Source: a virus
Lineage: Duplodnaviria > Heunggongvirae > Uroviricota > Caudoviricetes
Virus record (IMG/VR): IMGVR_UViG_3300035210_000151
Reading direction: 5' to 3' (one strand)
DNA: 64,000 bases
The notes below the pieces were generated by a model, which was not told the origin of the DNA, did no database searches, and saw nothing but the letters and a program-made list of their open reading frames with translations. Within the stretch, counting starts at the first letter, position 1. Every line of letters begins with the position of its first letter. The position numbers were made by a program, and so were the translations under genes. Below are positions 1-9,936 of this stretch, in pieces.

Positions 1-88
1 TATAAGGCACCGCCGTCATGATTGAACCTAAGATAACAGCCACTGCCATCAATAGATAATTTGAATTAAGAAAATTTGATTTTAACAT
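1..88 (-). CDS. partial (5' end) hypothetical membrane protein, runs off window
   Basis: ATG at 88-86 with GGAG upstream; reads MLKSNFLNSNYLLMAVAVILGSIMTAVPY..., open to window edge. Confidence 0.6.
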   Translation of the reverse strand, partial: MLKSNFLNSNYLLMAVAVILGSIMTAVPY

Positions 89-210
89 ATCACTCCGAAA
101 TTAATTAATACAATAACTATATTCGATTCTTATTAAATTTCAAGCATTAAAATACTTTTAAATAAAAAATAACCCACTATGGTCTATTTAATCTAACATT
201 TGTTATTTAC

Positions 211-981
211 TTATTTAAAAATTTCTGGAAAGGTAGTTTCTAATACTTTTTCAATGTTGAGCAATGCAGCAACAAACTCATCTTCTTTACCACCAGAATC
301 TTTCATGCTTACCAGTTTCATCATATTTCGCAAACTACCTGTAATAAGCAAACCACTGGCCTTAGCCGTAGGGAATAGCAAGTTACGGGTTTCGTTGTCT
401 TGAATATCATGTTCAGCCAAGATCTTTTTTGTAGATTCTAGAACAGCTTGGTAAGCGGCATAGTGGTTAGCATCACGCAACACCAGACAAGGGCTTTTCT
501 GAGCACTGGTTTTGGAGACTGTCAGACGGCTAAGGTGAACAATATCACGTTGAGTCGAAAACTCATGTTCAACACCAATACTGATACCTGTCAACATGAT
601 ACCGACTTGGATTTGATGCAATACCGAATGATGTTTCAATTCAATAGTGCTTTCAGCAATCGCATTCAATGTTTTGTTTTTAGGATTGAGATAACTCATG
701 AAAGAAGATAGTCCTACTGTTTGATAAAGCTTGTGCTTCACCATTGCAAGGCTTACATCGTTGCCCATAAAACAAAGACCGCCTGTTTTGTTCAACTCAA
801 TAGGAAAGCTGCCTAATGTAACAATAGATGCGGCAGAACCTGTCATAATGGTTTTCTCTTTGTCATGAAAACCACCACCAATAGCGGTGTGCATAAAAGC
901 CAACTTCTCATGACTTTTTAAATCAAGATTATTCATTTCGTTGTTAATCTGGTTGAAGTCAGCAAATGGGAACTTATGCAT
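211..981 (-). CDS. ThyX (flavin-dependent thymidylate synthase)-fold protein with degenerate RHRx7S motif
   Basis: HHSVLH..GIMLTGIS..VEHEF and ETRNLLFPTA..LLITGSLRN resemble the ThyX blocks H.SVFEH..F.I.GISR and EDAR.VLP.A...VT.NLR; RHR replaced by TQR. Confidence 0.6.
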   Translation of the reverse strand: MHKFPFADFNQINNEMNNLDLKSHEKLAFMHTAIGGGFHDKEKTIMTGSAASIVTLGSFPIELNKTGGLCFMGNDVSLAMVKHKLYQTVGLSSFMSYLNPKNKTLNAIAESTIELKHHSVLHQIQVGIMLTGISIGVEHEFSTQRDIVHLSRLTVSKTSAQKSPCLVLRDANHYAAYQAVLESTKKILAEHDIQDNETRNLLFPTAKASGLLITGSLRNMMKLVSMKDSGGKEDEFVAALLNIEKVLETTFPEIFK

Positions 982-982
982 G

Positions 983-2656
983 TTAGTTATCCTCTTTGAA
1001 TATATCAGTTAAAGTTTCAGCAAAGGTTTCGTTTTCTTTCTTTTCGTAAAAGACATAGAATGGATCGAAGATAGGGCAAATGTTTTTAAAGTCTTTGGCC
1101 GTATACTTACTGATGTAGAGATCTTCTTCTAATTTATCAATATACACTGAATAGATATTTTTCAGGCTATTCAAGTCGTCTTGGGTTAAGACATCTTTTT
1201 TCAAATACGTCATCATTTGTTTGATGAACAAATCATTATACAGGGTTTCGAATTTAAAGAATACTGACATCTGACCAACGTAGTATCTTTTTACAGCATT
1301 AGTGAAAGCCAATGTTTCATCGTAGTTTATTTCGTTGTTGATAAGCTTTTCTAACTTACCAAACATTTCAGTAAATACGACTTTAATTTGTTCTTCCAGT
1401 GAAGTATCTAGTGACAGATCTTGGCAGAAGGTATCGGTGTTAGGAATTGAGTTGTCACACAATTCAGTTGTGTGTAACAGCTTCTTGTTGTTGCTAGCCT
1501 TTTTCACTACGTTTTCGTAGTTGTGATTGGTCCAACGGTAGTCTTCTTGGAAGAACCTTTGGTATTTTTCTTTGTAGTGGTCAATCAAACTTTGTTCACC
1601 CACCAGTGCCAACAATTCATCTTCACGACCCATCAAAGCGAAACAGACGTTAGCCCACAAGAGATCTTTAATTTTCGCAATGTTGCTTTTATCAATGGCG
1701 AAGTCCATTTTTTCGAACAATGGATAAATACGACGCTTATTGTAGTCATATTCAATGTTTTCTTTTTTGATTAACGACACAAACAACATATCCGCCAGCA
1801 CCAATGTAAAGGCTTCACTCATCATTCTGGAAATGAGGTATTTGTGTTTAGCGAGTTTTGAATCATCAACGACAAACACATCAGTAAAGATAAAATGCAT
1901 GATGTCATGAAACATAAAGGTCATTTCATGCAATTCGTCTTTCTTGGGTGTCAATGGAATACCCGCGTTCAAACCCGGCAACCAGTAGTTCTTTTGTTTT
2001 CTGTTACTGGCTCTACGGATAAATAGACCTTCGTTCAAGACATTGTTGATGATGTTCTTGAATAGTGGGTTTTTGTAAGCAATCTTGTAGTATTCGTTCT
2101 CTTGGAACAACTGATAGATAAACGGCTCAAATGAGATAACATCATTCGTTTCTGTTGGGTTAAAGTTGAGGTTAACCTTTTTTTCGAATTCAAAAATGAA
2201 TGGAAGCTCATCAATCAACTTGGAAAACGCCAAATCTCGGGCTGAGTTTTTTACGCCATTGTCTTTCATGTCTTGATACGTCTTCATGGTTCTGGATGAA
2301 ACAAAGATGTCATCCCAATTATACACATCATCTCGGGTTGTCTTCAAATGTGGAAAAATAAACCCTTCAACTTCGGCAGGGAAATCAAATTGAGTTTTTA
2401 CGCCCTCTTTTTGAATGTTAGCGGTCACATTAGAGAAATGAACGACTTCGCAAAAAGCGTCGTAATCAGCTTTATCGCGGCTACGTTTTTCAAGCAATGT
2501 GGTTTGCTCACGAATGCAGAGATAATCAGTATCCATTGTTTCCAATGTCACCAATTCTTCGGGTTTTAGGTGGGTTGTGACTAGACCAATATCCTTGAAA
2601 TATTTGCTTAATTCTTTCTCTTTGTGAAAATTTGATGTTGAGATAAAAATCTTCAT
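983..2656 (-). CDS. Ham1/ITPase-fold N-terminal domain fused to a helical HDxxH..E domain
   Basis: MKIFISTSNFHKEKE, EVEGFI, NWDDIF, KTYQDM, KNSARDLAF parallel Ham1 motifs; C-terminal FHDIMH...MSEA; stop directly abuts the ThyX-like gene. Confidence 0.6.
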   Translation of the reverse strand: MKIFISTSNFHKEKELSKYFKDIGLVTTHLKPEELVTLETMDTDYLCIREQTTLLEKRSRDKADYDAFCEVVHFSNVTANIQKEGVKTQFDFPAEVEGFIFPHLKTTRDDVYNWDDIFVSSRTMKTYQDMKDNGVKNSARDLAFSKLIDELPFIFEFEKKVNLNFNPTETNDVISFEPFIYQLFQENEYYKIAYKNPLFKNIINNVLNEGLFIRRASNRKQKNYWLPGLNAGIPLTPKKDELHEMTFMFHDIMHFIFTDVFVVDDSKLAKHKYLISRMMSEAFTLVLADMLFVSLIKKENIEYDYNKRRIYPLFEKMDFAIDKSNIAKIKDLLWANVCFALMGREDELLALVGEQSLIDHYKEKYQRFFQEDYRWTNHNYENVVKKASNNKKLLHTTELCDNSIPNTDTFCQDLSLDTSLEEQIKVVFTEMFGKLEKLINNEINYDETLAFTNAVKRYYVGQMSVFFKFETLYNDLFIKQMMTYLKKDVLTQDDLNSLKNIYSVYIDKLEEDLYISKYTAKDFKNICPIFDPFYVFYEKKENETFAETLTDIFKEDN

Positions 2657-2689
2657 TTCTTGCTCCGTATTGATTAGCCGAACCCTACA

Positions 2690-2751
2690 ATTATAGCATA
2701 TTGATTATTTTAATACAAGGTATTGCTATCATAGCTTTATTGTGATATAAT
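2690..2751. promoter_or_regulatory. back-to-back sigma70-type promoters
   Basis: plus: TTGCTA-17-TATAAT with TGn (2723-2751); minus: TTGTAT-17-TATAAT with TGn (2718-2690). Confidence 0.7.
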
Positions 2752-2801
2752 CTATCAAATTATTTCAATAAATGTAAAAATAGAGGTTTAAAAACAATAA
2801 A

Positions 2802-3218
2802 ATGAAAGCAAGTAAATTTTTTATAGATGTGACTAACTCAAATGGTCACATCGACGTAAGTGTAAAACATCAGTTATTCCCCGAGTTCGTTCAAGAAGTC
2901 TATGGTCGTGAAAACCCGTCTGGCTACATCAATCCTGAAAGCGAAAAACAAATCGACAAACTGATTATGCAGCGTTATTTCTTCCGTTACTGGTTGGCAG
3001 GTCGTATCGATCCGAATGTCTATACTGGTAAGGATTTTATCATCTCAAAGAATGTGCCTTATGAAGCCCTTCTTGAAGATTATATGTCAGAAGTGGATGC
3101 AAGTCTTCCAAAACCGGAAGTCTTCTCATTGTTGCATTCTCGTGAAAAGGCCACCATCGAATTTGATGAATATTATGGTAGCTCTTCAGCCTACAAGTGT
3201 GTTATAATCGAAAAATAA
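2802..3218 (+). CDS. hypothetical protein
   Basis: 138-aa ORF after promoter, GAGG upstream. Confidence 0.75.
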   Translation: MKASKFFIDVTNSNGHIDVSVKHQLFPEFVQEVYGRENPSGYINPESEKQIDKLIMQRYFFRYWLAGRIDPNVYTGKDFIISKNVPYEALLEDYMSEVDASLPKPEVFSLLHSREKATIEFDEYYGSSSAYKCVIIEK

Positions 3219-3251
3219 CACACCCACTCACTCTTTAAATGGAGTTTCGAA

Positions 3252-4241
3252 ATGTTCGTAAAAAATTCAGTTCGTGCAAAAAAACATAACGTCCACGTTC
3301 ATATCCGTCCAGATGTGGCTGCAAATACGTCTATTCGTCCAAAAGACTTTATGCGGTGTAATGTGTCGTTTAAGAATACAGTAGATTTTATCCGTAATAT
3401 GACAACTGTTTTTGAGAATGTGGTAAAAAATACACCTATGAAGCATATTGGTACACCTTTCAAGACAATCCAGTTTGAGATAAAATCTCGTTATAATCCA
3501 AAGGTTGATTCATCTGATGTCACATCAGTTACTCACCGTTGTGTTTACAATGTTATCATCAATAAAAATCGTGGTTCGTCTTATTATGGTTATAACTTTT
3601 ATATCTATTTTATTCCGAAAAATGAAATCGTATCGTGTGTTCAAAACGATATGAACTTTGTTGCTGAATTGAAAGGAACAGAGCCGTCGATTGTAAAATC
3701 AATTGAACGCCGTATCAATGAAGGTCAACCATTGGCTAACAAGCTTTCTAAGCCTGTTGATCTAGCTTTGCCAAAAGGTTGCCAACCAATGTATAAAATC
3801 GAAGGTGATCACCCTTACTTTGTGGCGACACTAGATGAAGCGTCTTGGCTGAAAGACAAAAAGGGCATTACTTTTAAAGAAGTGATGGTGGTGAGTGTAT
3901 TTGGTAAGCTTTTCGAAGTAGTTGGCGAAGCTCGTGTTGAAGAAATTGATACGAATGATTATGTTCAAAACTATATCTTTAAGTCTAAAAATGATATTCC
4001 AAAAAACTTTAAGCACCAGCAATATAAAGTCAACAAAACCGAAACTGTTTACAGTAATATGTTGATTGATGATGCGGTTGAAGGCGTGTATGATATGGTT
4101 GCGGTTGGTAAAAAAGCTGGTATGCTGGCGGTGGTTATTCATCGTTCATTCCTTGGGGATGTTCGTGAAGTGATTTACACCGAAGACTCTAATGTCATGA
4201 AAGATTTGAAAGCTAAATTCATGAACCGTCGAAAAATTTGA
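3252..4241 (+). CDS. hypothetical protein
   Basis: 329-aa ORF, GGAG RBS. Confidence 0.8.
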   Translation: MFVKNSVRAKKHNVHVHIRPDVAANTSIRPKDFMRCNVSFKNTVDFIRNMTTVFENVVKNTPMKHIGTPFKTIQFEIKSRYNPKVDSSDVTSVTHRCVYNVIINKNRGSSYYGYNFYIYFIPKNEIVSCVQNDMNFVAELKGTEPSIVKSIERRINEGQPLANKLSKPVDLALPKGCQPMYKIEGDHPYFVATLDEASWLKDKKGITFKEVMVVSVFGKLFEVVGEARVEEIDTNDYVQNYIFKSKNDIPKNFKHQQYKVNKTETVYSNMLIDDAVEGVYDMVAVGKKAGMLAVVIHRSFLGDVREVIYTEDSNVMKDLKAKFMNRRKI

Positions 4242-4265
4242 TTTATTTTTGATAATAGCGAGGTA

Positions 4266-4520
4266 ATGACCATGATTAAACGTTACAGTGCAAGCCACTG
4301 CCCAAAATGTGCTCGACATGAAGATGATTACAATATTAAGCCTTTGGAACTTTTCGAAACTCCAATTGGGCAATATGTTTTATACAGTAGCCATAAAGTT
4401 ACTGTTACTCTTTATAACAAGACACTCAAAAACTATATGGATACTAAATCAGAAAATAAACAACTTCGGGATGAAAATGCTGAACTTTTGAAACGTATTG
4501 CAGAACTTGAAAAAGTGTAA
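4266..4520 (+). CDS. small protein with CPKC and C-terminal coiled coil
   Basis: GAGG RBS; CPKC; QLRDENAELLKRIAELEK. Confidence 0.7.
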   Translation: MTMIKRYSASHCPKCARHEDDYNIKPLELFETPIGQYVLYSSHKVTVTLYNKTLKNYMDTKSENKQLRDENAELLKRIAELEKV

Positions 4521-4651
4521 ATTAATTATAAGTTAACTTTTTCTATCATTTAAAAGATTATATAAAAAAGAATATGTAATGTTGTTATTTTTTAACTTGA
4601 TTTTAGAGATTATCAGCGTAATAATGTTAAAAGATAACAATATTTATATTT

Positions 4652-5389
4652 ATGAAAAACATATTTAATTTAATTTTTATTTATTTTATAAGCAATTATT
4701 CCATAGCTGGATACACTGTAAACATACCACTAGAATTAAACGGTGGGGCTTTACCAGTTGACACTATTGTATTCATTAATCCTTCATTACCTAACCCACC
4801 CGATCCAGAACCGACTGATCCAGTTACGTCTGGATGTTACTATTCTTTGACTGCACCCGCAGTTTCTGGCTTTGCAGAAAGCTATATTGATGGCTATTAT
4901 TATAAAGAGATGGCCTATGAAGGTAAAGAAGTAATAAATGGCATTAAAGGTGAATTAAAAGCCACATTTACTGGAAATGGAAATAGTACTACATATTCAG
5001 AAATCTGTTTTGGCCCCGAAGGACCAATTTTTAAAGTTTCCCATGAAGAAGATCTTGGCTGGGCTATTGATGATTGCCGTTATAATTCCGATCCCAATCC
5101 TGTGACTAGGACTGACAATCTTTACTATTGGAGAGAAATATCAGGCCAAGGCATATATTCCGATAAGCGAGCATTTACTAATGCATTTCTTGGAAATCTA
5201 GGTTCAATTACTTATCAGTCATCTGGATTAACTTTTCCCAATGGTTATATTAATACATCTTATGGACAGATACAACCACAAGATAATGTAACTATTAAAC
5301 GAGGATCTATTTATTTTTCAAGAGGTAATTTTCAACAAAGTAACGGCACAGAATTCTTTTATGCTATTTGTAAAAGGACAGTCAATTAA
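4652..5389 (+). CDS. secreted Cys-containing protein (signal peptide, YxxxxPLE motif, Pro-rich linker)
   Basis: signal peptide ending SIA; YTVNIPLE..IVFIN; PPDPEPTDP; N-terminus similar to 20886..21686. Confidence 0.7.
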   Translation: MKNIFNLIFIYFISNYSIAGYTVNIPLELNGGALPVDTIVFINPSLPNPPDPEPTDPVTSGCYYSLTAPAVSGFAESYIDGYYYKEMAYEGKEVINGIKGELKATFTGNGNSTTYSEICFGPEGPIFKVSHEEDLGWAIDDCRYNSDPNPVTRTDNLYYWREISGQGIYSDKRAFTNAFLGNLGSITYQSSGLTFPNGYINTSYGQIQPQDNVTIKRGSIYFSRGNFQQSNGTEFFYAICKRTVN

Positions 5390-5698
5390 AGATCAATCAA
5401 GTTATACCAAATAAGATTTATTACCAATAGATCTTATTTTTTGTACGGCAGTGTCAAAACAATTCAAAATGTTACCAAACCATTCGTTCTATTAAATTCG
5501 ATTATTATGACTATCAATTACTATTATATAAAGGTTTTTCTATATTTGTAATTAACTTAAATATTCCTTTTTTCGAATAAATAATGTTCATTTCATGTTC
5601 AATATTTGTAATTTATAAGTAAATATTGGTTAATTATTGTTGTTTTTAGATTAAAATTTGGTATATTATTTGGATAATAACAAATAAGGTATATTTTA

Positions 5699-6805
5699 AT
5701 GAAATTATTACGTTTAAACCTTCTTGTTGTAGCGGTTGCTATGGCGGGATGCAGTAAAGAAGCTCCACAAAGACCACCAGCAGGGCCAGTAAGCGTTAGT
5801 TACATCACCATCAAAGAAGAACCAGTAAAGATACAGTCAGAGTTAAAAGGGAGAGTTTCCGCCGTTACTGAAGCCGAAGTTAGACCACAAATTACTGGTA
5901 TTATTCAAACCATCAATGTAAAAGATGGACAAGCAGTAAAAAAGGGACAAACGTTATACAAAGTAGACCCATCACAATATAAAGCATCTTATGATCAATC
6001 CGTTGCTGCTTATGAATCTATCAAAGCTGATATAGACACAGCTCGTTTAAAATCAGAACGTTATTCAACGTTAGCAAAACAAAAAGCGATTGCCATTCAA
6101 GACGCGGATGATGCTAAATCTGCTTACCAAAAACTTGTTTCTACATTGGCTGAACGAAAATCAGCGGTGGATTTAGCTAAAATAAATTTAGAATACACAG
6201 ATATTAAAGCTCCTATTGATGGCATATTGGGTATTTCAACTATTACTCCGGGTGCTCTTGTGACTGCTAACCAAACTGAAAGCATTAACACTATCACCAC
6301 TTTGAATCCAATTTATGTAGACTTAGCACAACCAAGTAAAGAATTCTTAGACATGAGAATTTTACAAAAAGAGCTAAACTCAAAAGAAATCCCGGTGCAA
6401 CTTAGATTTGATAAAAAAGGTGATTATATTTTAACAGGCCATGTAAGTTCTAACGAATTTAAAGTTGACCAAACAACTGATTCGATTAAAGTAAGAGCCA
6501 TTTTTGATAACAAAGATAAATTGTTACTACCGGGAATGTATGCTTATACTCAAGTGACCTACGGTGTCCAACCTAATGGAATTAAAATACCATTACAAAG
6601 TGTTGTTCGTGGATTGAAAGGTGAATCTTCAGTATTTACCGTAGACAGCTCTAACAAAATTCAAAAAGTTGATATTGATACATTATACAGCACTGGATCA
6701 GAAGTCATTGTTAAAAGTGGATTGAAAGCTGGTGATAAAGTCGTTTTCGAAGGAATCGACAAAATAAAAAATGGGGCAGATGTTGCTCCTGTTGAACAAA
6801 AATAA
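5699..6805 (+). CDS. acrA: RND efflux periplasmic adaptor (AcrA/MexA family) lipoprotein
   Basis: lipobox AMAGC; AEVRPQITGII, INLEYTDIKAPIDG, GALVT, LLLPGMY. Confidence 0.93.
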   Translation: MKLLRLNLLVVAVAMAGCSKEAPQRPPAGPVSVSYITIKEEPVKIQSELKGRVSAVTEAEVRPQITGIIQTINVKDGQAVKKGQTLYKVDPSQYKASYDQSVAAYESIKADIDTARLKSERYSTLAKQKAIAIQDADDAKSAYQKLVSTLAERKSAVDLAKINLEYTDIKAPIDGILGISTITPGALVTANQTESINTITTLNPIYVDLAQPSKEFLDMRILQKELNSKEIPVQLRFDKKGDYILTGHVSSNEFKVDQTTDSIKVRAIFDNKDKLLLPGMYAYTQVTYGVQPNGIKIPLQSVVRGLKGESSVFTVDSSNKIQKVDIDTLYSTGSEVIVKSGLKAGDKVVFEGIDKIKNGADVAPVEQK

Positions 6806-6816
6806 GGAGATTTTAA

Positions 6817-9800
6817 ATGACATTTTTTATACACAGACCCGTTTTTGCTTGGGTGCTGGCTATTATCGTGATGATGGCTGGTTTACTCGCAATCAAAAAC
6901 TTACCAGTGTCTCAATACCCTGATGTGGCTCCACCTACTATTGGCATTTCTGCAAAATATCCGGGTGCGGACGCAGAAACTATCGAAAACAGTGTGACAC
7001 AAATTATTGAACAATCTTTAACTGGCTTAGATGGCCTCTTATATTTTAACTCCACCAGTAGTTCTGATGGTTCTGTTAAGATCAGTTTAACTTTTGAACA
7101 AGCGACTGATCCTGACATCGCTCAGGTTCAAGTGCAAAACAAACTTCAACAAGCTATGACCCGTTTACCTAATCAGGTTCAACAACAAGGTGTGACTGTG
7201 CGTAAAACACAATCAGACTTCTTGATGGTTATCGCCTTGTATGATGAAAAAGATAAATTGAATACCAGTGACTTGTCAGATTTTGTTGTTTCTAATATAC
7301 AAGATCCACTTTCTAGATTAGATGGTGTTGGTGATATTCGTATTTTCGGTGCTTCCTATGCTATGCGTATTTGGCTAGACCCTATAAAAATGGCTTCATT
7401 CAAATTAACCACTGGTGACATTGAGAATTCATTAAAAGCTCAAAACAATGAAATCGCTGCTGGACAAATTGGTGCTCAGCCTATTGATATTGGTCAACAA
7501 ATTACCGCCACTGTGAAAGCTCAATCAAAATTACAAACACCAGAGCAGTTTAGAGGTTTGTTATTAAAGAGCAACCTTGATGGTTCAAACGTTTTCCTTA
7601 GTGATGTTGCCACTGTTGAGTTAGGTCAAGAGAACTATGGTGTTTCACCAAAATTAAACGGACACCCAGCAACAGGTATTGCTGTTATGTTGGCTCCTAA
7701 TGCTAACGCATTGGATACTTCTGCTGGTGTAAAAGAGCTTTTAACTAAGTATGAAAATGCACTTCCAGATGGTGTTAAATTAGCTTTACCAATAGATAAC
7801 ACAGATTTTATTAAATTATCTATTCATGAAGTGGTAAAAACATTAGCAGAAGCAATTTTACTTGTGATTGTGGTTATGTTCTTATTCTTACAAAATATCA
7901 GAGCGACACTTATACCAGCCATTACAATACCTGTTGTTATCTTAGGAACCTTTGCTGTTCTTTCTCTGTTTGGTTTTTCTATTAACACTTTAACATTGTT
8001 TGCCCTTGTATTATCTATTGGATTACTTGTAGATGATTCTATTGTTGTTGTTGAAAACGTTGAACGTGTTATGAAAGAGGAAGGACTTGGGCCAAAAGAA
8101 GCCACTATTAAAAGTATGAAAGAAATCAGTGGTGCTCTTGTGGGTATTGCTACCGTTCTTTCGGCTGTGTTCTTACCAATGGCTTTCTTTGATGGAGCTT
8201 CTGGTGTTATTTATCGTCAATTCGCTGTGACCATTGCCACTTCTATGGCTCTTTCAGTGTTAGTAGCCATTGTGCTTACACCAGCAATTTGTGCAACATT
8301 CTTAAAACACTCTGATTTGAAAACAACGGGCTTCTTTGGTTGGTTCAACAGAACGTATGAAAATATTGAACATAAGTATGAAAAGAAGATTGCATTCATT
8401 AACAAACGCCCTGTTCGTTTTAGTTTGATTTATTTAATTATTGGTTTTGGCGTTTACTTGATATTTACAAGCATTCCAAATGGTTTTATTCCAAAAGAAG
8501 ACCAAGGCAACTTGATGGCAATGTATACACTTCCAGTGGGTGCCACAATGAGTCGTACTGATGTCGTTGGTAAACAGGTTTCAGATTACTTCTTGGGTGA
8601 AGAAGGTCATAATACACAATACATCTTTACAGTTTCAGGATTTAGTTTCAGTGGTAATGCTCAAAATGCTGGTATGGCTTTCGTAGCATTAAAGCCTTGG
8701 GCAGAAAGACTTGAACCTGAAAACTCAGCCGATGCTGTTGCATTGAGAGCAATGGGAAAATTGTCAGTCATCAAGGATGCAACAATATTTTCATTCACAA
8801 GACCAGCCATCAGTGGTTTAGGTCAATCTGATGGTTTCAACTTGTTCTTACAAGGTTTAGGCACTCGTGAAAATTTGAAAGCGGACAAAGATAAGTTATT
8901 GGAAATGGCATCAAAGAATCCAAAACTTGTAGGTGTACGTTTGAATGAGTTGAAAGAAACTCCACGTTTGAAAGTTAACATTGATAATAACAAAGCAACT
9001 GCTCTTGGTATTGAAGTATCTGAAATCAATAATACTCTTAGCACTGCTTGGGGTGGTAGTTATGTTAATGACTTTATTGATAGAGGTCGTGTTAAAAAGG
9101 TTTATGTACAAAGTGATATGCAATACCGTGCTATTCCAGAAGATATTAAATACTGGCATGTTCGTAACAAACAAGGTGATATGATTCCATTCAGTGCTTT
9201 TACAACAACTGCATGGGAATACAGTGCTGATGCGTTAGGTCGTTATAATGGTTTGGCATCTTATGAAATACAAGGTTCACCAGCTCCGGGTGTGAGTTCT
9301 GGCGAAGCAATGGACGAAATGGAAAAGATGATAGCTGAACTCTCAGGTCATTCATCTTTCTCTTGGAGTGGATTATCTTATCAAGAGAAGTTATCACAAG
9401 GTAAGACGGCTATGTTATATATGTTCTCTATCTTTGTGGTATTCCTTTGCTTAGCAGCATTGTATGAAAGCTGGTCTGTTCCATTTGCTGTAATGTTTGT
9501 TATACCACTTGGTATTTTGGGTGCCGTAGCTGCAGTTGCATTACGTGGTCTTGAAAATGATATTTATTTCCAAGTAGCGTTGTTAACAGTTATTGGATTG
9601 TCTGCAAAAAATGCTATCTTGATTGTAGAGTTTGCTGAGCTTTACTATAACCAAGGAAAATCTCAGTTTGAATCAGCTTTACTTGCCGCCCGTGCTCGTT
9701 TAAGACCCATCATCATGACATCCTTCGCGTTTATCGCTGGTGTTATGCCATTGGCTCTATCAAGCGGTGCTGGTGCAAATAGCCGTATATCTATTGGTAC

Positions 9801-9936
9801 AGGTATTGTTGGAGGAACCTTGACAGCTACATTCCTTGCAATATTCTTTGTTCCATTGTTCTTTATTGTTGTAAAATCAATTGTGGGAAAAAGGACGCCA
9901 CAAGAAACTAAATCAGAGGATGAACACCATGTATAA
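6817..9936 (+). CDS. acrB: RND efflux inner-membrane transporter, HAE1 family (AcrB/MexB-like)
   Basis: FFIHRPVFAWVLAI, LPVSQYP, GLLVDDSIVVVENVER, GLSAKNAILIVEFA, RLRPIIMTS; proton-relay residues present. Confidence 0.96.
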   Translation: MTFFIHRPVFAWVLAIIVMMAGLLAIKNLPVSQYPDVAPPTIGISAKYPGADAETIENSVTQIIEQSLTGLDGLLYFNSTSSSDGSVKISLTFEQATDPDIAQVQVQNKLQQAMTRLPNQVQQQGVTVRKTQSDFLMVIALYDEKDKLNTSDLSDFVVSNIQDPLSRLDGVGDIRIFGASYAMRIWLDPIKMASFKLTTGDIENSLKAQNNEIAAGQIGAQPIDIGQQITATVKAQSKLQTPEQFRGLLLKSNLDGSNVFLSDVATVELGQENYGVSPKLNGHPATGIAVMLAPNANALDTSAGVKELLTKYENALPDGVKLALPIDNTDFIKLSIHEVVKTLAEAILLVIVVMFLFLQNIRATLIPAITIPVVILGTFAVLSLFGFSINTLTLFALVLSIGLLVDDSIVVVENVERVMKEEGLGPKEATIKSMKEISGALVGIATVLSAVFLPMAFFDGASGVIYRQFAVTIATSMALSVLVAIVLTPAICATFLKHSDLKTTGFFGWFNRTYENIEHKYEKKIAFINKRPVRFSLIYLIIGFGVYLIFTSIPNGFIPKEDQGNLMAMYTLPVGATMSRTDVVGKQVSDYFLGEEGHNTQYIFTVSGFSFSGNAQNAGMAFVALKPWAERLEPENSADAVALRAMGKLSVIKDATIFSFTRPAISGLGQSDGFNLFLQGLGTRENLKADKDKLLEMASKNPKLVGVRLNELKETPRLKVNIDNNKATALGIEVSEINNTLSTAWGGSYVNDFIDRGRVKKVYVQSDMQYRAIPEDIKYWHVRNKQGDMIPFSAFTTTAWEYSADALGRYNGLASYEIQGSPAPGVSSGEAMDEMEKMIAELSGHSSFSWSGLSYQEKLSQGKTAMLYMFSIFVVFLCLAALYESWSVPFAVMFVIPLGILGAVAAVALRGLENDIYFQVALLTVIGLSAKNAILIVEFAELYYNQGKSQFESALLAARARLRPIIMTSFAFIAGVMPLALSSGAGANSRISIGTGIVGGTLTATFLAIFFVPLFFIVVKSIVGKRTPQETKSEDEHHV

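Noticed and set aside
211-981. Calling this a functional thyX
   Set aside because: The RHRx7S signature is absent, so only fold-level similarity is claimed.
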